28,433 nt of DNA from Macrostomum lignano (lineage: Eukaryota): NCBI GenBank assembly GCA_002269645.1, contig NIVC01001882.1, forward strand, positions 1-28,433, read 5' to 3'. This document shows, one piece after another, positions 10,255 to 18,736 of this stretch. The notes under the pieces are model-generated. The model was given only the letters and a program-made list of their open reading frames with translations. It ran no database searches and was not told where the DNA came from. Each line of letters starts with the position of its first letter. Position 1 is the stretch's first letter. The position numbers and the translations under genes are program-made.

Positions 10255-12712
10255 TCTATATACTAAAGTTGACGTGTTGTTTGTCTGTCTGTCTGTGTGT
10301 GTGTGTGTCTGTGTGTGTGTCATTTCGACAACTCCTCCTTGAATAGTGGCAACTCAGCGTTGAAACTTATATGGGAAGATTGGAAATTATCCGAGGTCGG
10401 CTATAGGCTATTTTAATTCTGAAATTTTAATTTCTAAGATCCTCAAAAAAGCAGAAAACGGCGGTCTTGACCTTTGATAATCTTAATTGTCCCCTCTTTC
10501 TGCTTGGAGCTGAAAATTTGCATGAATTTCAAGTGATTGCGCCACAACTTTTCCCTATCTATGCAGTGTATTTTCTTTCCAGTGGGGGGTGGGAGCGTTC
10601 TCAGTGGCTGCGTGTGTACACTTGGACCCTGGCTCACTGGCTGACTGTATAGATAATTGCGCAATGATATGGCTACTGATAAGTTTTCCTGCCTTTCAAT
10701 GGGCAGTCCTGTGTATTTGTTGGACATTGAAATTCAATGCATCAACTTGCAAGCAGGCAGTGAACGTACACTCGATACTTCAATGCTATAAATCAGACAG
10801 TTTCAAACGCTAACTGTTCCTCGAGTTTTAAACTTTGAAAGAAGAGACTTATATTGCTGGAAAGATCTTGCAACGCTGAGTTCGGGGATATAAATTGTTT
10901 GCTTTAAATATGAAAAGAAAAAGCACAGCATTTGAAAAACTATTTCCATACTTTTAACTTTTTGCAAATATTGTACTCAGTTTTGCGAGACGAAATAGAT
11001 AAAGTTGGGGGGAGGGTTCAACTTCTCACTACTGCTGTGGATTGGAGGGTTGATTTATATTGCGCAATGTTTTTGTTAACTTTAACTGAGACTGATAATG
11101 ACTGACTGTGAAATCGGTTGCGACATCAATTTGTTTCATTATCTGTGCCTTTTAATAGGCTGCCCTGTGTAATAGCCGGCCTGTGTAATGAATGAATAAA
11201 CTTGCGAGCCTCTTTGGCAGGCAGTGAACGTACACGCGACATTTCAATGCTTTAAAACGGGAACTTTCAAACGCTAACTGCTCTTCGAGTTCTAAACTTT
11301 AAGAGAAGAGACTTATACTGCTGAAAAGATCTTGCAACGCTGAGTTCGAGGATATAAATTGTTTGCTTTAAATATAAAGACTAAAAGCACAGCATACAAA
11401 AACTATTTCCATACTTTTAGCTTTCTGCAAAGATTGTACTCATTTTTAGTTCAATGCCCCAACACCCGGGTTCAATTTCTAACTGCCACTGCGTATTGAA
11501 AAGGGGCCGGTCTCTGTGTACTGGAGGGTTGATTTAAATTGCGCAATCTTTTTGTTCACTTTACCTGAGACTGATACTGACTGACTTTGAAATCGGTTGC
11601 GCTATCAATTGATTCAATTGGCTCAATTTTTTATTTAAACACGCAGCTGTGTGTAGCTCTAACCCTAACCCTAACCCTAACAATAACCCTAACCAGTGAA
11701 TCCTAATTTATTCTTTTTGACGGAGAAAATTTCGATTGAGTCCAGTTTTAAAGAGATAATTTCGATGGTTTTCAGTTTCACGGAGAGGATTTCTGTTTCG
11801 CGGAGAGGATTTCAATGGTTTTCAGTTTCACGGAGAGGATTTCTGCTTTGCGGAGAGGATCTTGATAGATTTGGCATCTTCAATCAGTCATAAAAGAGAG
11901 TAAAGAGAAGATCGAAAAGAGAAGAGACATGAGATGGTATAAAACAGAGTAGAAATGAGTGGATAGATTAGACATGACCGATGGAAGAGAAGAGGGGAGT
12001 AAGGCGGAAACGAAGAGGGAGAGAGAAGAGAAGAGGAGAGAGGAGATGAGAGGGGAGATATGAGATAGCAGAGGGAGACAAGAGAGATAATAGGAAAGAG
12101 AATAGATGACGGATAAGAGCGTACAGAGGAAATAGAAGAGAGGGGAGAGTAGAGGAGAAAGAAAGAGTGAGATGAGGGAAGAGATATGAGAGAGGAGATA
12201 TGAGAGACGTGAGAGTCTTTGAGCTATGGTCTTTGAAAGGTTTTGTAAAGAATTTGGAGAGATGATAGGAGAGAGAATAGAGATGAGGGATAAGAGCGTA
12301 CAGGGGAAATAGAAGAGAGGGGAGAGTAGAGAAGAAAGAAAGAGTGAGATGAAGGATGAGAGATGATGGAGGAGAGGGGAGAGAGAAGAGATGAGAAAAG
12401 AGGGGAGAAATGAGACAGGAGAGAGTAGAGACGAAAGACCAGGGAGAAGATATAAATAAGGGAGTAGGGGTAGAGATGAGATGAGAGAGAGGAGAGAGAA
12501 GAGAGTCATGATAATAGCGAAGAGAGGAGAGAGGAGATATGAGAGACTTGAGAGTCTTTGAGCTATGGTCTTTCAAAGGTTTTGTAAAGAATTTGGAGAC
12601 GATTTGGAAGATGGGATTCAAGTCATGGAGTTTCAGCTGATGGATTTCAGGGAATGGAATTCCGGTGATGGGAGTTCTTCCCCTTTCTCCTCCGAAGGAG
12701 GAGTTCCACTCG
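10255..12712 (+). mobile_element. Array unit 6 (internal ~450-bp duplication; terminal copy)
   Basis: Head TCTATATACTAAAG at 10255; segment ~10736-11160 repeated in diverged form at ~11187-11635; CCCTAA 11659-11694; purine tract ~11890-12555; hairpin 12687-12703; CTCG 12709-12712. Confidence 0.75.
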
Positions 12713-12745
12713 TATTGTATATTGCCCTGCGTGTTACTTGTCTAA

Positions 12746-12813
12746 ATGATGAATTCATGCACCACTCTCTAGTTAACATGAAGACTCCTTTGATCTACCA
12801 CCTACCAGACTGA
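12746..12813 (+). ncRNA. Box C/D snoRNA, paralogue 1 (SNORD32A-like 18S guide)
   Basis: Box C ATGATGA 12746-12752; guide CATGCACCACT 12756-12766, antisense to the conserved 18S GUGGUGCAUG; C'-like ATGAAGA; box D CTGA 12810-12813; 88 nt upstream of acceptor TTGTCTTGCAG (12901). Confidence 0.8.
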
Positions 12814-12901
12814 GCTATTTATTGTATAATATCCGACTTTTGGATTATAGGATTGTGTTAGATTTGTTTGCTAATACTTTAAACAACAATTTGTCTTGCA
12901 G

Positions 12902-12959
12902 CCTCCATCGTCGTCATCAAAAGGCAGGTCTCGGATGGCTATGGCCAGATCAATTTGAT
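12902..12959 (+). other. Probable 5' UTR exon of the PDSS1/snoRNA host gene
   Basis: Acceptor TTGTCTTGCAG ending 12901; consensus donor GTGAGT at 12960-12965; flanked by snoRNA-bearing introns. Confidence 0.5.
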
Positions 12960-13013
12960 GTGAGTTCCAATCATTTCTGTTAGGCTAAGGCCTAGGCCTG
13001 TGCTATGATTCAT

Positions 13014-13081
13014 GTGATGATAAATCATGCACCACTCCTATTGAATAATGAGGACGGTATATCTACCACCTACCAGTCTGA
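13014..13081 (+). ncRNA. Box C/D snoRNA, paralogue 2
   Basis: GTGATGA 13014-13020; same two guides (CATGCACCACTC, ATCTACCACCTACCAG); C'-like ATGAGGA; CTGA 13078-13081; 85 nt upstream of strong acceptor TTTTTTTCTCTGCTTCAG (13166). Confidence 0.8.
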
Positions 13082-13231
13082 TGCAACTAGCAGTCAAACA
13101 TTTTTACTTAGAAAATTTGTTCTTTTTCTCTATTATAAAAACTATATTTTTTTTTCTCTGCTTCAGCTGAGCACCGCGATTAGGCCTTCGATTTTCTGCC
13201 TGTGTTCAAGAGAGCTACCAGTAGTATCCAC

Positions 13232-14824
13232 ATGTACTCTCGGTGAGTTCTCGATAATATGATTTATTGCACTCTGAATATTATATTTTATGATGCTAAA
13301 ATATACGCTATTCCGACCCATTGTGAGGTCAAGCTTTACCCACTGACAGTGCCTGGCCACTCGAGTCTTGGTACAATTTTCACCGCATTTATTTTCATTC
13401 GGTTTGAATTCCATTTACTGACGCAGGCTTCGCGTCTGCGCCGCTTGCGCTCGCCGCTTCTGCTTTAGCGCGCCGGTTCGCGCCCGCGTCAGCGCCACCG
13501 CCATCGGCGCCCAAGACGCTTCATCCTCAACGCCGCCTACGCCAGAGTCGGAGCGGCTGCTCTCGGAGCTCCAAGCCCAGACGGCGACCCTGGCGGCCGA
13601 CATGCGGACTCACCTGACGCCCGATTCGGCGCCCGATAAACTCAGCCTAATGATGCGGCACCATCTGGACGCGCCCGGGAAGCTGGTTAGGCCCCTGCTT
13701 GTCCTGCTGGTGTCGCACGTCTGCAATGCCGGTCTGCCGGCCTGCCAGCGGCAGCGCACCGTCGCCATAGTGACAGAGATGATCCACTCCGCCTCGCTGA
13801 TCCACGACGATCTCATCGACGGCTCCGACCTGCGCCGCGGCGCCGCCTCCGTGCAGAGCCGATTCGGCCATCGCGACGCTGTCCTGGCCGGCGATCACAT
13901 GATTGGCGTGGCCTCTCAGCTGCTGGCCGGCACTGGCCACCCGCTGGTTGTCCGCGGCATGGCCACAGCCATCAGCGACCTGGTGCGCGGCGAGCTCGAC
14001 CAGCTTGGCGAGACCGGCGACCTCAGCCGCTACCTGGCCAGGACTTATAGGAAGACCGCCGCGCTGCTGGCGCACTCGGCCAAGTGCGCCGCAGTTCTGG
14101 CGCCAGGCTCCAGTCCGGCTACCGCGGCAGCCGCATTCGAACTCGGGCGCAGCATCGGCATGGCGTTCCAGCTGGTGAGCGTCTGAGAGATTTCCAAGAT
14201 TCAGAAAATGCTTTCTTTACCACTAATAGCTGAGTAGTCCCGTCGGGGGATTTCGGTATATTGCTGAAGCACAGCAACATCTCACTGTTCCATTCCACAT
14301 ATTGATGCCAGATGATGAATTCATGCACCACTCTCGAGTCCAGATGAAGACTCCGCTGTATCTACCACCTACCAGACTGATGCCAACTTCTCAAGACGTT
14401 TTTAATATCAAAATCTGCTTTCGAAACTCAAAAAACCCGGCCCAGCTGACCCTGTCGCTCTCCCCGTCAACCCTACTCGGACCCGCAGGTTGACGACTTG
14501 CTAGATTTTGAGGCCTCTGACGTCCAGCTGGGCAAGCCTGCTGGTGCTGCCGACCTGCGCCGCGGCGTCCTCACTGGGCCGGTGCTGTTTGCCATGCAGA
14601 CCTGTCCGCAACTGCGGGCCGCCGTTGCCCGCCGGCTCTCCCGTCCAGGTGACCTCCAGCTGGCTCTGGACAGCGTGGCCCGCGCCGACGGCGTTGGCCA
14701 GACCCGGATGCTGGCCCAGCTGCACTGCCGCGAGGCCCACTGGCAGCTCAGCCAGCTGCCCGCTGTGCCGGCCAGTGAGGCTCTGCACTCGCTTATCGAC
14801 CGACTGCTGAATCGGCAGCACTGA
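13232..14824 (+). CDS. PDSS1: Decaprenyl-diphosphate synthase subunit 1 (trans-prenyltransferase, ubiquinone side chain); join(13232..13242,13427..14174,14489..14824), ~364 aa
   Basis: First Asp-rich motif EMIHSASLIHDDLID..RRG. Second motif FQL|VDDLLDF is rebuilt across intron 14175-14488 (GTGAGC..CCGCAG). Also GKLVRP, YRKTAAL and GKP..DLRRG..TGPVLFA. The N-terminus MYSRLRVCAACARRF.. is basic and transit-peptide-like. The first coding exon is less certain than the catalytic exons. Confidence 0.9.
13290..13346 (+). ncRNA. Box C/D snoRNA with SNORD54-like 18S guide
   Basis: Box C variant ATGATGC 13290-13296; 13-nt guide AATATACGCTATT 13300-13312, exact antisense of the conserved 18S AAUAGCGUAUAUU; D' CCGA 13313-13316; C' GTGAGG 13323-13328; D CTGA 13343-13346; 80 nt upstream of acceptor 13426. 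Confidence 0.75.
14312..14380 (+). ncRNA. Box C/D snoRNA, paralogue 3
   Basis: ATGATGA 14312-14318, both guides intact, C'-like ATGAAGA, CTGA 14377-14380; inside PDSS1 intron 14175-14488. Confidence 0.8.
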
Positions 14825-15724
14825 GCTGCCCTCCCCTCGGCTACCCCATTTTATTTATTACACAAGAGATATCTTGGGCAGGTAGCAATCGCAACTTGAA
14901 TTGCTGGAGTTTCTCCGGATTAGCAGCAGAGCACAGCATGGATGGTGACTTTGCATTCGAATCCAGAGTGCGTGTTAATCTGCTTTTCCGGCCCCCTTAG
15001 TTAATTCCGGCCCCCTTCTTACGAGCTGATGGCTGATAGATCTACCAATTAGATAAGTAGTATTGGCTTTCGCTTACTACTTAACAGTAAGTAGCATGCT
15101 TAGGACATTTTGCTGTTTGTTCTGCTCATTATTTTCCCAAAACCATCAAACTGTCCGCTGGCATAATTTTCCTACGGCCCTGAAAGATGAATTTTGTTTT
15201 TCTTATTTGTGCCCGCTTGTCTTTTTGCGGAGCGGCGGCTCTGCTTTATTGGAGTTTGTGTGAAAATAAAAATGGGATTATTAATTATTTAGCGATTTTA
15301 ATAAATGAAATTAGCACTTTCATTTTGCCTTTTTAATGGAAACAACCTTAAAAGTTTAAAACTGGGTTAAAACTCTGTTTCATTTGAAATTGTCTCTAAA
15401 ATGGCATGGAAATTGATTTTATGAACTGAAGAAATGAAATTTACTGCTCCCTACAGACCCAGATATTTCTCTTATCGTTAAGTCAGTTACTGAATTATTA
15501 ATCTCAACCACTTAGCAACTGGAAATGGTTCTGAAATATTGCAAATTTTTCCAGTGACCTGCCTGCTTCAAGCCAAGCTGCTTCTGTTCTGAGATTCGAG
15601 TTGAGATTCTTCTGATCTACAATTGTAATCGGTTTTCACCATTGCCACAGTGCAGAACGCAACCTGTTTTTTTAGAATCCACCAGATTGGCATATCCTTG
15701 AGATTGTCCGGTTATTGGGCCTCT

Positions 15725-16607
15725 CATTGGGAATGACCTATTATTAGCCTCCCATTGGGAATGTCCTATTATCAGCTAACCATTGGGAATAACCTATTAT
15801 CAGCCACCCATCGGGAATGACCTATTATCAGCCACCTATTGGGAATGACCTATTACATGTATTAGCCTCCCATTGGGAATGTCCTATTATCAGCTAACCA
15901 TTGGGAATAACCTATTATCAGCCACCCATCGGGAATGACCTATTATCAGCTAACCATTGGGAATAACCTATTATCAGCCACCATCGGGAATGACCTATTA
16001 TCAGCCACCCATTGGGAATGACCTATTATCAGCCACCATCGGGAATGACCTATTATCAGCCACCCATTGGGAATGACCTATTATCAGCCACCATCGGAAT
16101 GACCTATTATCAGCCACCCATTGGGAATGACCTATTATCAGCCACCCATCGGGAATGACCTATTATCAGCCACCCATCGGGAATGACCTATTATCAGCCA
16201 CCCATCGGGAATGACCTATTATCAGCCACCTATTGGGAATGACCTATTATCAGCCACCTATCGGGAATGACCTATTATCAGCCACCCATCGGGAATGACC
16301 TATTATCAGCCACCCATCGGGAATGACCTATTATCAGCCACCCATCGGGAATAACCTATTATCAGCCACCCATCGGGAATGACCTATTATCAGCCACCTA
16401 TTGGGAATGACCTATTATCAGCCACCCATCGGGAATGACCTATTATCAGCCACCCATCGGGAATAACCTATTATCAGCCACCTATTGGGAATGACCTATT
16501 ATCAGCTAACCATTGGGAATGACCTATTATCAGCCACCTATTGGGAATGACCTATTATCAGCTAACCATTGGGAATGACCTATTATCAGCCACCCATTGG
16601 GAATGAC
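15725..16607. repeat. 28-bp minisatellite (GCCACCCATCGGGAATGACCTATTATCA), ~31 copies
   Basis: Direct periodicity. Confidence 0.95.
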
Positions 16608-18736
16608 ATACGAGCGTCTTGTGAGCAACCTGAAAATTTCCCCAGTGTCGGCAACCCGTTGACACTTGTCCCTTGTCAGCAGTCGATAGAAATCGCAGTA
16701 AAAACAGGTGCAACCTTAAAAGTAGTCATGCGGTCAGAGAGTGCGTCAGATGGCACTGCACGCTGTAGCGCGATCGAGCGGACCAGTGTTTGTGTTGGCA
16801 GGTCCAACACAGCAGGCAGTTCCCGTGTCGCGCCTGGCCCCGTCAACTCGTAAATGGCCCTTGAATGTTGAGCAGCGACATCCTGCAGAGGCTGGGGGGC
16901 AGTTACATGTACATGTAGCTCTTGGTCTGGATCACGTGGCCCGCCTGCAGCTGGGAGTCACCGCCGGCGCAAGATGATGGTCTGGTGGACACTGTCGTTG
17001 CAGCTGGGCTCTCTGGGACACGGCCTGCCGACGGCCCGGATGAATTGGAAGGCCGCCCCAGGTCTGCTGGGCGCCGCTACCGGATGGGAATCCCCCATAG
17101 TCTAGTACATTGAGAATAATTCATATTTGTGGCTTACGGTTTAATGGGCGTAACATAAATGGTATTCGTATTTGGATCGGCCGAAGCGTACTGAATAATG
17201 AGGCACTAGCCGAGTTTTTTAATTTCGCCGAGGATTTTACTTCAGATCAATTATATACTGTAATTTCTGGTGAAGCAACCGACTAATTGATTTAAAATGT
17301 ACGTCAGTCAACCCATATAGGAGATTGTCCATTGTTGAAGCACCCACTGGTGGAAAACTCTGAGGGGACTGGATTAACAATCTCTACGAGAAACGTATAC
17401 GATCGTAACGAAGCTGGAGTATCGATTAACCAATGGCCACCGGCTCCAACAATTTTTTCGGCTATCGACTGGACTATAACAAACAATTCGGCCGCTGAGA
17501 GTAACAGCGCCGCAGCTTTGCCGTTGCCAAGCGGAAGCCGCGGCCAGGGCTGCTGTGTTTAGTCAGGAATTTGGCTGTCTAAACTGGAAGTCAAATATCC
17601 GATATTGACTGGTCACTCCGCCCAGCTGTGTTTTTGGCTCCCAGCAATTTTATTAGCGTATCTGGCTGGGCAGCCGAGTGGAATTGATTGTTTGCCCTGA
17701 GTCAGCGGGCTGGGGACACAGCAGCAGCCTGAAGTTCTATCATCAGACTGTCCGACCACAACTGACGGCAGTTCTGGGGCGAATTGAGTTCAAATCGATG
17801 CTGCAAGGGGATCGCGGAGAATTGAAATTATAATGCTTCCACTTTCCGCTGACCTCAGGTGCTGTAATCTCAACTTGTTCGCGTAGATCGTTTTCCAGGA
17901 AATGAGTGCCCGCAGCATGGGACAAAACATAGTTCTCAATGTGCGTAATACAGCGGGAAAATCACTTCCTGAAAGCATTGTCTAGCAATTTGACGATCAA
18001 TATACGCATTTTTATGCATTACTACGTCAGGCAGCAAAACAATGCAAAGAATCAGCGGTCGCAGCACGTGACAACATTTCTATGGCGCTCGACCACTGAT
18101 TACTTATCTAAGGAATTCTAAATCTAGCAACTGGAATGACAACTGAAATATCAGCTATATACAAGATGAGGCCAAGATTAGAGATCGCAAGTGTGCGACG
18201 TAAACACGTAAACAAACGTGCGCGTTTCCGACTCGCTGCCGGACTTGCAGCCAAAAACGGCGCATTTATTTGGCATGCAGAGGACGCAAAACTTCTGCAG
18301 AGACTTGGCTTCAGCAAAGTCACTCTGGCATATTAGTGCTTACAGGCTAAGACAAATAAGGCGAACGAAGCTGATTCTTCTTAGTGGCAATCTAAATAAG
18401 TTGATGCGGCAAACAAATCCTATGTCTGTGGCAATCGCAGTAGCCTCATCTTGTATAAAAAAGTCCTCACCGCTATTTCAGTTGTTATTCCAGTTGCTAG
18501 ATTTAGAATTCCTTGGTTTATCCATTGTTTGCTCGAAGTTTTGCATGTTTCACTTCATTGCAGTCGTCTATGGCTCCGAGTGACTCCTACTATATGATTC
18601 TGGTTTTGATGCATTCAGCCAAGTCTGATGCGATCCCCCATATGCTCAGTCAGTCATGATCAGTCATTTCTTTCTTGTCGCAACACGGGACGGCCTGTGG
18701 AGGAATTGCGCTGACTGAACTTGGCACTCCTGTCTC

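Larger units (their letters stand above)
1..12712 (+). mobile_element. Head-to-tail tandem array of six non-autonomous Helitron-like elements
   Basis: Recurring head (TC)TATATACTAAAGTTG followed by a (GTTT/GTCT)n microsatellite. Recurring tail: CTCCTCC-GAA-GGAGGAG hairpin, then TTGGC/TTCCA and CTCG. Junctions near 1271/1272, 2491/2492 (CTCG|TCTATCTATATATACTAAAG), 5271, 7455/7456 and 10254/10255. The last copy ends CTCG at 12709-12712 followed by T. A 5' TC, 3' hairpin + CTRR-like end and T flank are Helitron hallmarks. No Rep/helicase ORF. The left end lies outside the window. Confidence 0.75.

Noticed and set aside
13610-14821. Antisense and alternate-frame ORFs over PDSS1, the LIM gene, the EF-hand gene and DEPDC1
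   Set aside because: Shadow ORFs of GC-rich coding exons.
15505-18135. TAGCAAC half X-boxes near 15515 and 18125
   Set aside because: Half sites only; too short to support a call.
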